The notes under the pieces are model-generated. The model made no database searches and had not been told where the DNA came from. It saw nothing but the letters and a program-made list of their open reading frames with translations. Below are positions 49,919 through 59,403 of a stretch of DNA of 64,000 bases, piece after piece. The DNA comes from Rikenellaceae bacterium (lineage in GTDB: Bacteria > Bacteroidota > Bacteroidia > Bacteroidales > Rikenellaceae), in NCBI GenBank assembly GCA_047173185.1, contig JBCQVH010000005.1:49567-113566 (forward strand), read 5' to 3'. How positions within the stretch are numbered: position 1 is the first letter of the stretch; every line of letters starts with the position of its first letter. The translations under genes were made by a program, and so were the position numbers.

Positions 49919-51172
49919 TTACTCTGCCATATTTGGGATTGGCATACTTGCGTATACTCCGTCCACGAGTTTCTGGCGTACAGCGACGAATGCGTCGAGA
50001 GTATACTTGACATCTTCGAGTGTATGTGCTGCTGTTGGGATTACGCGAAGGATGATTTCGCCCTTAGGGATCACTGGGTATACCACGATAGAGCAGAAAA
50101 GGTTGTAGTTCTCGCGGAGGTCGACAACAAGGTTTGTAGCCTCATTTACTCCACCCTTCATATATACTGGTGTCACAGGTGACTGTGTAACGCCGATCTC
50201 GAAGTTATTCTCACGAAGTCCCGACTGAAGAGCGTTTGTGATCTCCCACAACTTAGCGATGAACTCGGGGTGTGTGCGGATCATGTCGAGACGCTTGAGA
50301 GCACCAATCACCATAGGCATTGGGAGGGACTTTGCGTAGAGCTGTGAGCGCATGTTGTAGCGGAAGAAGTTGATAAGCCACTTAGGACCTGCCACGAAAG
50401 CTCCGATACCTGCCATTGACTTGGCGAATGTGTTGAACAAGACATCTATCTGGTCTGTCACACCGAAGTGGTCAGCCGTACCCTTACCAGTCTTACCCAT
50501 TGTTCCAAATCCGTGAGCATCATCCACGAGTACGCGGAAGTTGAACTCTTTCTTAAGCTCTACAACCTTGTCGAGGAAACCGAGGTCGCCCTTCATTCCG
50601 AATACACCCTCAGTGATTACGAGGACGCCACCGCGCTGTGACTCAGCGAGATCCGTAGCGTGCTGAAGTTGTAGACGAAGAGAGTCGAGGTCGTTGTGAC
50701 CATACACGAAACGCTTACCCTTGTGCATGCGAAGTCCGTCGATGATACAAGCGTGAGCCTCAGCATCATATACCACAACATCGCGGTGTGTCAAGAGGCA
50801 GTCGATGATTGAGATCATTCCCTGATATCCGAAGTTGAGAAGGAAAGCATCCTCCTTGCCGACGAATGCCGACAACTCGCGCTCCAACTGCTCGTGATAC
50901 TTAGTCTGACCACTCATCATACGTGCACCCATAGGTGCTGCCATACCGAAATCTGCTGCGCCCTTAGCATCCGCCTCGCGCACCTCGGGGTTGTTAGCAA
51001 GACCGAGGTAGTTGTTTAGAGACCAGTTAAGCATCTCCTTGCCGCGGAACATCATGTGAGGACCTAGCTCACCCTCTAGCTTTGGGAATGCGAAATATCC
51101 GTGAGCTGCATTCATGTATTGACCAATAGGTCCGCCTACGTTTTTCTCTAGGCGTTCAAAAATATCAACCAT
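49919..51172 (-). CDS. PLP-dependent alpha-oxoamine synthase, probably cysteate acyl-ACP transferase (SulA/CapB type, sulfonolipid synthesis)
   Basis: NNYLGLA, DDAHG and TFAKS motifs. QLYAKSLP has a Lys where SPT/BioF have SAS; the N-terminus resembles Alistipes SulA as I recall it. Confidence 0.8.
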   Translation of the reverse strand: MVDIFERLEKNVGGPIGQYMNAAHGYFAFPKLEGELGPHMMFRGKEMLNWSLNNYLGLANNPEVREADAKGAADFGMAAPMGARMMSGQTKYHEQLERELSAFVGKEDAFLLNFGYQGMISIIDCLLTHRDVVVYDAEAHACIIDGLRMHKGKRFVYGHNDLDSLRLQLQHATDLAESQRGGVLVITEGVFGMKGDLGFLDKVVELKKEFNFRVLVDDAHGFGTMGKTGKGTADHFGVTDQIDVLFNTFAKSMAGIGAFVAGPKWLINFFRYNMRSQLYAKSLPMPMVIGALKRLDMIRTHPEFIAKLWEITNALQSGLRENNFEIGVTQSPVTPVYMKGGVNEATNLVVDLRENYNLFCSIVVYPVIPKGEIILRVIPTAAHTLEDVKYTLDAFVAVRQKLVDGVYASMPIPNMAE

Positions 51173-51297
51173 AATTTATAAAGTTTATCTTTTATGTGTT
51201 TTATTGTTCTCTTTCGTTGCCCAACAGTGAGGGCATTGACCAACAAAGGTAACAATAATTTTACAATCATTGTTACCTTTACTCGAAAAAATCGCTA

Positions 51298-52617
51298 CTA
51301 CTCAACTACAAAGCTGAACGAATCACCCTCAATAGCCTTGTTGTTGTTTTTAGATTTTGCGTCGCGAAGGTATACCACAGCGGTATATTTTGCACCCTTG
51401 GTGTATTTAGCTGGAAGTTTCACCATCTGGTTGGCGTAGCCCACATATGCAGGAATCACATTCGATGTGACGCTCTTGTTGTTGGCATCGAAGATCTCGA
51501 TTGAGATCTCGCGGTTTGCCGATGTCGTGTATTGGATATTAAGCTCCACGCCACCCTTCTTGCCCACTGGAGCAGCTAGCTTAGCAGGCTTCTCGCCCAA
51601 CGATATGCGGTTGGCGAAGATTCCCTCAGCAACCTTACCACTGCCCGACTTGTGTGCTGCAACAAGGACGTAGTGACGTACCCAGTCGTAGTATGTTCTG
51701 TTCTTCTCAGGGTCGTTGAGATCCTCATCCGTAGGTGTTGGAATCCAACCGTATGTCTCCACAACGAGGTTCAAACCCATAGGCTTAGGCATGTTGAATG
51801 GTCGACCTTGACGATCTAGGAACTTCTTCTCGCCACCCGACTCATTGTTCATGTAGAACTCCGCGGTGTTCTCGTTCTTCCACCAACAGCCGTAGATATT
51901 GAAGTCCTCAGAGAGGAGCTTGCCGTTCTGTGGCTTCATGCCAGGGATCTTCTTGATTGCGACATCGGTCTTTTTGCCACCCTTAGGCGTGTGCCAGCAG
52001 TGAACGTTTGAGTTCATCACCTTGCAGAACGATGCTGCCATAGGTTTCCAACCCTCCGCTGGAGTTCCTGTGCGACCAATGGTCTCGCAGATATCTAGCT
52101 CCTGACCAAACATACCATCCGAAATCCACTCGGGCTGGTTGCCCTCAACGGGGTGGTTACCTCCGCGTGACAACCAAAATGTTGTCGACATTGATGTCTT
52201 GTTCGCCTTAACGCGACTCTCATAATATCCGTAGTGCGCCTCTTCGGATTTCGAAACCACCGCAGCACCTCCAACGGTATACTCGATGATCTTCTTATCG
52301 CCCCACTTCGATTGGTACTGAATTGGCTCGGCAGGTTTGCTCGATGTGAGGACAAGGTTGCCATCCTCCACAGCGACATTCTCCTTCATGAAGAATCCAG
52401 GTTGGCGACCAGCCCATGTTGGGTGGTGGTCATACCACTTGTTTGAGTCTAGCTCCGTGCCGTTGAACTCGTCGGAGAATATCTCGTTGAGAACCCAACG
52501 CTGCCCTACGGGAGGTGTTGGAATTGATTTGATTGGTTGCGACACAGGGTAATCTGCCGCCAACGCTGCCGAGGCACACACTGTTGCCATCAGCGCGAAA
52601 ATTACACTTTTCTTCAT
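51298..52617 (-). CDS. Secreted GH16 glycoside hydrolase, beta-porphyranase/agarase-like
   Basis: FSDEFNG, W.GR.P, catalytic ELDICE, F..YGCWW and YDWVR motifs; signal peptide. Confidence 0.85.
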   Translation of the reverse strand: MKKSVIFALMATVCASAALAADYPVSQPIKSIPTPPVGQRWVLNEIFSDEFNGTELDSNKWYDHHPTWAGRQPGFFMKENVAVEDGNLVLTSSKPAEPIQYQSKWGDKKIIEYTVGGAAVVSKSEEAHYGYYESRVKANKTSMSTTFWLSRGGNHPVEGNQPEWISDGMFGQELDICETIGRTGTPAEGWKPMAASFCKVMNSNVHCWHTPKGGKKTDVAIKKIPGMKPQNGKLLSEDFNIYGCWWKNENTAEFYMNNESGGEKKFLDRQGRPFNMPKPMGLNLVVETYGWIPTPTDEDLNDPEKNRTYYDWVRHYVLVAAHKSGSGKVAEGIFANRISLGEKPAKLAAPVGKKGGVELNIQYTTSANREISIEIFDANNKSVTSNVIPAYVGYANQMVKLPAKYTKGAKYTAVVYLRDAKSKNNNKAIEGDSFSFVVE

Positions 52618-52670
52618 GGTTTATTTAGGTTTTAGTTTATTGTTGATTTTGTTCTGCAAGGTAGCAAATT

Positions 52671-53603
52671 TTAGCCAATAAGCCAAAACATGTAGCCGCC
52701 AAAGATCAATAAAAAGATCGCTGCCTCAACCCTATCGAGCATGTTTTTCTTGAATGTGAAGGCTGCCACCAAGAGCAACACCGACCCCAAGGCGACAACC
52801 AAAAGGTCAATGATCGTTATCGCGCCCAGTGTGATGGGTGTGATGGTGGCACTCGCGCCGATGACCAGAAATATATTGGCGATGTTAGAGCCCAAGACAT
52901 TACCCAACGCGATGTCGTTCTTGCCCTTCATGAGCGAGACCAACGATGCCGCCAACTCAGGAAGCGAAGTGCCCCCTGCAACCAGCGTGATGGCGATGAT
53001 GTTCTGTGGTATTCCGAACTTCTCGGCAATAGAGACCGCGCTACCCAAGAAAAGCTCGCCTCCGTAGACCAAACCTCCGAGACCTCCAACGACCAAGAGT
53101 GTCGCCACCCAAGGTTTCATCTCCCCCTCGTGCGACTCCATGGGCTCGTCGAGGTGTGCATCCTTTCTCGATGCGCGAATAGAGTAGAGCATCAGCGCAA
53201 AGTAGATCAACACCATAAGTGCGCCATACGCCTGAGGGATAACCCCCGAGTGGGTAACGAGTAGCAACACTGCTGAGGCTAAAATTCCGATGGGGATATC
53301 GCGTTTGACATTGTTTTTGGTGATCGCCATAGGGCGTATCAGGGCGCAGATGCCGAGAATGACATAGGTGTTGAACATATTAGATCCCACGACATTACCC
53401 ACGGCAATTTCGCCATGACCCTCCAGTGCGGAGATGACGCTCACCACCATCTCGGGCATAGATGTTCCGATGGCGACAATGGTGAGACCAACGATAAACT
53501 CCGAGATATTGAAACGTTTCGCAATAGCTGCTGCGCCATCGGTTAGGTAGTTAGCACCTCCGAGAATCAACGCCAAGCCAATGAGCAAAAGTAGTGCATC
53601 CAT
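52671..53603 (-). CDS. Calcium/sodium antiporter (YrbG-like)
   Basis: Two GTS.PE...GNV.GSN alpha-repeats; ATG at 53603. Confidence 0.93.
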   Translation of the reverse strand: MDALLLLIGLALILGGANYLTDGAAAIAKRFNISEFIVGLTIVAIGTSMPEMVVSVISALEGHGEIAVGNVVGSNMFNTYVILGICALIRPMAITKNNVKRDIPIGILASAVLLLVTHSGVIPQAYGALMVLIYFALMLYSIRASRKDAHLDEPMESHEGEMKPWVATLLVVGGLGGLVYGGELFLGSAVSIAEKFGIPQNIIAITLVAGGTSLPELAASLVSLMKGKNDIALGNVLGSNIANIFLVIGASATITPITLGAITIIDLLVVALGSVLLLVAAFTFKKNMLDRVEAAIFLLIFGGYMFWLIG

Positions 53604-53971
53604 AATGTATCTTATTAATATATAGGTATAATTTTTAATTTTATTTAAATTCTGCCACCTCTCACACTGCCTAAATAGTGGTTTAAGCCCTGTTGCAGGG
53701 TAAAGTGTAGCGCAAAGATACTTTTTTTCCTCAGAATTGCAAGCCAAAGCTTCTATAAAATTGTTATTTTAAGGGGTTTGAAAGTGATAAATGTGTAAAA
53801 TTCGAGGGTCTATAGTTAAGAATGATAATTTAAAAAAGATATATCACTTTTTTTGAGCTAGATACTTCCGTTTTTATAAAATTTTTCATAAATTTGCAAA
53901 CAGAGATTTATCACACATGTGTGGTAAATCCTCCTACGGAATAAGATGTATAACTAATAAATAATGTAGAG

Positions 53972-55822
53972 ATGGAACAACAAAATGTGCAAGAGATGCG
54001 CGATGTCGTGATTCGCTTTTCAGGCGATTCAGGCGATGGTATGCAGCTCACAGGTACTCTTTTTTCAGACACATCGGCTCTGCGAGGTAACGGAATTTCA
54101 ACATTCCCAGATTATCCAGCAGAGATCCGCGCCCCACAAGGTACGGTAGGTGGTGTCTCAGGTTTCCAGGTTCACTTCGGTTCTCAAAAGATCGTGACTC
54201 CTGGTGACTACTGCGATGTACTTGTAGCTATGAACCCTGCCGCTTTGAAGGCGAACCGCGTGTGGTTGAAGAAGGATGCAACGGTAATTCTTGATGCTGA
54301 TACTCTTAACGAGGATTTGATTAAGAAGGCGGGTTACACCACTGATGATCCTATCGCAGAGTTGGGTCTTACGGACTACAACGTTGTGTTGGCTCCCATC
54401 ACTACAATGACTAAGGATGCACTTGCTGACTCGGGTCTCGACAATAAGTCGGCAGTGAAGTGTAAGAACATGTTCGCGCTAGGTCTATGTTTTTACCTAT
54501 TCGACTTCGCCGAGGATCACGCTAAGAGCTTTATCGACAGCAAGTTCGCTAAGAAGAACCCTGCGGTAGCTGAGGCTAACAAGCTAGTTCTCGACGCTGG
54601 TTACAACTACGGTGCTAACACTCACGCATTCGCAAATAGATACAAGACTAACGAGGCGGGACTTGCTCAGGGTAAGTATCGCTCAATCAGCGGTAACGTC
54701 GCTACTGCTTGGGGTCTGTGTGCAGCGGCTGAGAAGGCTAACTTGCCACTCTTCTGTGGTTCGTACCCTATCACACCAGCTACGGTAATCCTTGAGGAGT
54801 TGGCTAAGCGCAAGGATATGGGCGTTAAGACAGTTCAGGCGGAGGATGAGATCGCAGGTATCTGTACAGCTATCGGAGCTGCCTATGCAGGTAACTTCGC
54901 AGTGACTACAACGTCAGGTCCAGGTCTTTCATTGAAGAGTGAGGCTCTAGGTTTGGCGGTTATGACTGAGTTGCCACTCGTTGTTGTCAATGTACAGCGC
55001 GGAGGACCTTCGACGGGTCTACCTACCAAGACTGAGCAGAGTGACTTGGCGCAGGCTCTCTACGGACGTAATGGTGAGTGTCCAGCGGTTGTGTTGGCTG
55101 CATCATCACCTAGCGACTGTTTCCACTACGCATTTGAGGCGGGACGTATCGCCCTTGAGCATATGACTCCAGTGGTTCTGCTTACTGATGGATTTATCGC
55201 TAATGGTTCTGAGCCATGGTTGATCCCCTCAATGAGTGACTACCCAACTATCACACCACCTATCGCTGCTCCTAACGCTGATGGTTCACCATTTATGCCA
55301 TACGCTCGTGATGAGAAGATGGCTCGTGGGTGGGCGTTCCCAGGTGTTGATGGTCTGCAGCACCGCATCGGAGGTTTGGAGAAGGATGCCTTGAAGGGTA
55401 ACATCTCTCACGACCCTAAGAACCACCAGATCATGACCGAGAACCGCGCTAACAAGGTTGCTAAGGTTGTCGATTATATCCCAGCTCAGACCGTTATGGG
55501 TGACGAGAGTGGCGATGTTTTGATCGTTGGATGGGGAGGTACTAAGGGACACCTTGAGAGTGCCGTTACTGAGCTTCGCGAGGAGGGTAAGAGCGTATCT
55601 CTCTGCCACTTCAACTTTATCAATCCACTTCCACACGGTGTTCGCGAGATCTTCGCTAAGTTTAAGAAGATCGTTGTTTGTGAGCTTAATATGGGACAGT
55701 TCGCAGGTTACTTGCGCATGCAGATGCCTGAGTTCACATATGAGCAGGTCAACAAGGTTCAGGGTCAGCCCTTCACTGTTGTTGAGTTGAAAGAGAAGTT
55801 TGTACAAATTTGTGAAAAGTAA
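53972..55822 (+). CDS. korA: 2-oxoacid:ferredoxin oxidoreductase subunit alpha
   Basis: GDSGDGMQLTG, YPITP, QAEDEI and GPSTGLPTK motifs. Confidence 0.9.
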   Translation: MEQQNVQEMRDVVIRFSGDSGDGMQLTGTLFSDTSALRGNGISTFPDYPAEIRAPQGTVGGVSGFQVHFGSQKIVTPGDYCDVLVAMNPAALKANRVWLKKDATVILDADTLNEDLIKKAGYTTDDPIAELGLTDYNVVLAPITTMTKDALADSGLDNKSAVKCKNMFALGLCFYLFDFAEDHAKSFIDSKFAKKNPAVAEANKLVLDAGYNYGANTHAFANRYKTNEAGLAQGKYRSISGNVATAWGLCAAAEKANLPLFCGSYPITPATVILEELAKRKDMGVKTVQAEDEIAGICTAIGAAYAGNFAVTTTSGPGLSLKSEALGLAVMTELPLVVVNVQRGGPSTGLPTKTEQSDLAQALYGRNGECPAVVLAASSPSDCFHYAFEAGRIALEHMTPVVLLTDGFIANGSEPWLIPSMSDYPTITPPIAAPNADGSPFMPYARDEKMARGWAFPGVDGLQHRIGGLEKDALKGNISHDPKNHQIMTENRANKVAKVVDYIPAQTVMGDESGDVLIVGWGGTKGHLESAVTELREEGKSVSLCHFNFINPLPHGVREIFAKFKKIVVCELNMGQFAGYLRMQMPEFTYEQVNKVQGQPFTVVELKEKFVQICEK

Positions 55823-55827
55823 AAGTT

Positions 55828-56859
55828 ATGACACAACAATATAAATACGCCCCAGCAGATTTTAAAAGCGATCAGGAGGTTCGTTGGTGCCCTGGATGTG
55901 GTGACCACGCAATTATCAACGCTGTACAGCGCGCTTGTGCCGAGATTGCTGAGAAGAAGTCTATCCCTCACAATATGTTCTCATTTGTGTCGGGTATCGG
56001 TTGCTCATCGCGTTTCATCTACTACATGCGCACGTTCGGTTTTCACACTATTCACGGTCGTGCTAACGCTATCGCCACAGGTGTAAAGACCGCAAACCCT
56101 AAGCTTAGTGTTTGGGTGGCTACGGGAGATGGTGACTCGCTCGCTATTGGTGGTAACCACACAATCCACGCTATCCGTCGTAATGTCGACCTCAATGTTG
56201 TACTCTTCAACAACGAGATCTATGGTCTTACAAAGGGTCAGTACTCGCCAACATCGAAGTTGGGTAAGATCACTAAGACATCGCCTTTCGGAACTGTGGA
56301 GCACCCATTCAACCCAGGTGAGCTTGTTATCGGAGCTAAGGGAACATTCTTCGCTCGCGCCATTGACGCGGATGTGATGTTGACAAAGGATCTTCTTGTT
56401 GAGGCAGGATGTCACGAGGGATTGTCTATCGTGGAGGTTCTTACCAACTGTGTGATCTTCAACGATAAGACTTTCGCTGAGTTCGCAGGTTCTAAGGCGT
56501 TGCGTCAGGCAAACACCATCACCCTTAAGCATGGCGAGAAGATGATCTTCGGAGTTAACGGCGAGAAGGGTCTTGTTCTCGATGGTCTTAAGTTGAAGGT
56601 TGTCACTATTGGCGAGGATGGATATACGCTCGACAATGTACTTACTCACGATGCTAAGGAGGAGTCTACAACGTTGCACACAATGCTTGCAGCGATGAAG
56701 TACCCTGAGTATCCAGTTGCTATGGGTGTGATTCGTTCGGTTGAGGCTCCAGTTTACGATCAGGAGGTTGAGGCTCAGATCACACGTGTTCAGGAGGCTC
56801 CGCGCAAGATCTCTTGCATGGATGATCTTCTCAACTCAGGTGAGACTTGGACAGTATAA
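55828..56859 (+). CDS. korB: 2-oxoacid:ferredoxin oxidoreductase subunit beta
   Basis: WCPGCG, SGIGCS and GDGD...NN TPP-binding motifs. Confidence 0.9.
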   Translation: MTQQYKYAPADFKSDQEVRWCPGCGDHAIINAVQRACAEIAEKKSIPHNMFSFVSGIGCSSRFIYYMRTFGFHTIHGRANAIATGVKTANPKLSVWVATGDGDSLAIGGNHTIHAIRRNVDLNVVLFNNEIYGLTKGQYSPTSKLGKITKTSPFGTVEHPFNPGELVIGAKGTFFARAIDADVMLTKDLLVEAGCHEGLSIVEVLTNCVIFNDKTFAEFAGSKALRQANTITLKHGEKMIFGVNGEKGLVLDGLKLKVVTIGEDGYTLDNVLTHDAKEESTTLHTMLAAMKYPEYPVAMGVIRSVEAPVYDQEVEAQITRVQEAPRKISCMDDLLNSGETWTV

Positions 56860-56884
56860 GGGTAACCTTTAGAGATATTTAGAT

Positions 56885-56918
56885 ATGGGCTTATCGCGTT
56901 GCGGTAGGCCCATCTTTT
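56885..56918 (+). terminator. Intrinsic terminator after korB
   Basis: ATGGGCTTATCGC...GCGGTAGGCCCAT followed by CTTTT. Confidence 0.75.
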
Positions 56919-56982
56919 GTAAATGTGGTAACCTTGCGATAAGGATACAAAAAAACGGTCAGAGTAATACTCTAACCGTTTT

Positions 56983-57057
56983 TGGTAGTGGATAGGGGAT
57001 TCGAACCCCTATGTCCTGCGTGAGAGGCAGGTATCCTAGCCCTTAGATGAATCCACC
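56983..57057 (-). tRNA. tRNA-Glu (CTC), CCA encoded
   Basis: GGTGGAT...ATCCACTACCA, anticodon arm CCTGC-CTCTCAC-GCAGG; a terminator hairpin follows at ~56950-56983. Confidence 0.96.
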
Positions 57058-57210
57058 GTAAGTGTCAACGTTTTCCCTTGTTGACGATGCAAAGGTAGGT
57101 ATTTTTTTTATATCTCCAAATTTTTTGGCAACAAAAATTCGCCCCCAAACGCTAACATTATGTTAATATCCTTATGCACAGTGCATTGTGTTGACAATTA
57201 TTTTTTGGTT

Positions 57211-58053
57211 TTATTTGACCATCGAGCGCAATTTCTCGATCTCCACACTCCAAAGGGTATCGTCGGGAGTCTCAAGAATCAGCGGAATATCGTCGAAACG
57301 CTTGTCGTTCATGATGAAGTCGAAGCATGGAAGCCCGATCTTACCCTCGCCAATAGATGCGTGGCGGTCGACATGGCTACCAAGATCTTTCATGGCGTCA
57401 TTGAGGTGCATGCCACGGAGGTATTTAAACCCAACGACCTCCTCGAACTCAGCGAAAGTGCGCTCACACGCCTCATATGATGTGAGATCGTACCCTGCGG
57501 CAAAGGTGTGACAGGTGTCTAGGCAGACGCCCACGCGCGATTTATCCTCCACGCGGTCGATGATATGGGCGAGGTGGTAGAACGAAAACCCAAGGTTGGA
57601 GCCTTGACCTGCGGTGTTCTCGATTACAGCGGTCACCCCCGAACTCTGAGCCAATGCGAGGTTTATCGACTCGGCAATAAGGTCGAGTGACGCCTCGGCG
57701 GAGATCTTGCGCAGATGGCTACCTGGGTGGAAGTTGAGCATCGTGAGTCCTAGAGCCTCGCAACGCGACATCTCCTCGTTGAACGCTTGGCGCGACTTCT
57801 CCAACCCCTCGCTCTCGGGGTGTCCAAGGTTGATGAGGTAGCTGTCGTGGGGAAGTATCTTTGCTGGGGTGAAGTCGTGCTTTTCGCACGCGCTTTTGAA
57901 TGCGTCGATCTGCTTCTGCGTCAACTCTGGTGCGCGCCATTGGCGTTGATTCTTGGTGAATAGTGCAAAGGCATTTGCTCCGATTGCCGCAGCGTTGGCT
58001 GGTGCATTTTCGATTCCGCCCGATGCGCTGACGTGTGCTCCGATATATTTCAT
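57211..58053 (-). CDS. nfo: Endonuclease IV
   Basis: [31 protein letters not shown] and DRH motifs. Confidence 0.96.
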   Translation of the reverse strand: MKYIGAHVSASGGIENAPANAAAIGANAFALFTKNQRQWRAPELTQKQIDAFKSACEKHDFTPAKILPHDSYLINLGHPESEGLEKSRQAFNEEMSRCEALGLTMLNFHPGSHLRKISAEASLDLIAESINLALAQSSGVTAVIENTAGQGSNLGFSFYHLAHIIDRVEDKSRVGVCLDTCHTFAAGYDLTSYEACERTFAEFEEVVGFKYLRGMHLNDAMKDLGSHVDRHASIGEGKIGLPCFDFIMNDKRFDDIPLILETPDDTLWSVEIEKLRSMVK

Positions 58054-58211
58054 AATGAGTGGTCTTATGGTTAAATGTTAAAAAATAATACTCCTCACAA
58101 TCTATCCCTTGGGGCGATGTGGCGCGAAGAGCTACATATCCTCAACAAAATTAGGTAGTTTCTAGGTATTCAGCAAATAAATTTATAATTTTGTGACATT
58201 AACAATCTTTT

Positions 58212-59402
58212 ATGTCAAGAAATTTACACTTTCTACTACTTTTAGTAGCCTTTACATATATATATACGGTACCTGCGGTGGCTCAGATGGAGATTGACGA
58301 GATACCGACTAAGGTGCAAAGCATCATCTTTTGCGATTCTATCGCTGAGAGTAATATCGCGGATAACTACTTCTCGCCTGCGAGGTATCGCGCCGAGAGG
58401 GACTCCATCCGCAAGGAGCGTAACACGCTAGAGATCACCGCATCATTGCAGGGTAGCCTTGTTCAATATAATCAGGCGTGGCTCGATGCTTCGGGTGGTG
58501 ATAACTCGATGACTACGCTGTCGTCAATAAATCTAAAGCATACATATACAAAGAATCTATTCTCGTTGGAGACGCAATTTTCGGCTAAGTTTGGCTACTA
58601 TCGTGTCGGTGTTGAGCGCACGGCAGATGATGGCTCGACATATGACGAGACGGTGTGGTACAAAAATCAGGATGAGTTCTCACTCTCGATAGCCCCCGCG
58701 ATCAAGATGTCCAAAAACTGGTCGTATGGAGGTTCGCTGAAGTTTAGAAGTCAATTTGCCGATGGATATGTGTCGAGTGCCTCGCAGGAGAGAATTCACC
58801 TAAAGAGCGGATTCATGGCTCCAGGATATCTGACCATCTCGCTGGGTGTCAACTACCAGTCACCTCTGGAGAAGTTGCCTTTCAAGGTGAGCATCTCGCC
58901 TCTAGCGGTCAACGGCACGTATGTCTCTAGCGAGCTTATTCGCCAAAACGCGCTATATCAATACTTGGAGCATACCGACGCCAACGAGTTATATGTTGAG
59001 CCTTACGGAGTTAGCCCCTACGCAAGTTCCAAGGTCGAGGGTGGCTCTTCGTTGCAGATCGACTTCGATAGAACCTTTGGCAAGAAAGGTGCGATACGCT
59101 ACGTGACCTCGGTATTCACCTTCTACGGATGGATTTCGGAGCTCTCATACAGCAATATATACACGGATTATGATGAATTTACCGAGGCGATAACGCAGTG
59201 GAATAGCGACAACGAGGGTATAAAACCAGTCTTTTCAATCCGCCCAACGGTGAGGTGGGAGAATCGCGTGGAGATCAAGGCGACACAGCTGCTGTCGACA
59301 ACTCTCAGCTACCAGATGTATTACGATATGTCGCAGAGCCTTAAGATGCAGACTCAGACGCTCTTGACTGTGGGTCTGGCATACACATTTAAAAACAAGT
59401 AA
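58212..59402 (+). CDS. DUF3078-like outer-membrane beta-barrel protein
   Basis: W..SGGD, FRSQF.DGY and SGFMAPGYL motifs; C-terminal GLAYTF. Confidence 0.75.
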   Translation: MSRNLHFLLLLVAFTYIYTVPAVAQMEIDEIPTKVQSIIFCDSIAESNIADNYFSPARYRAERDSIRKERNTLEITASLQGSLVQYNQAWLDASGGDNSMTTLSSINLKHTYTKNLFSLETQFSAKFGYYRVGVERTADDGSTYDETVWYKNQDEFSLSIAPAIKMSKNWSYGGSLKFRSQFADGYVSSASQERIHLKSGFMAPGYLTISLGVNYQSPLEKLPFKVSISPLAVNGTYVSSELIRQNALYQYLEHTDANELYVEPYGVSPYASSKVEGGSSLQIDFDRTFGKKGAIRYVTSVFTFYGWISELSYSNIYTDYDEFTEAITQWNSDNEGIKPVFSIRPTVRWENRVEIKATQLLSTTLSYQMYYDMSQSLKMQTQTLLTVGLAYTFKNK

Positions 59403-59403
59403 G

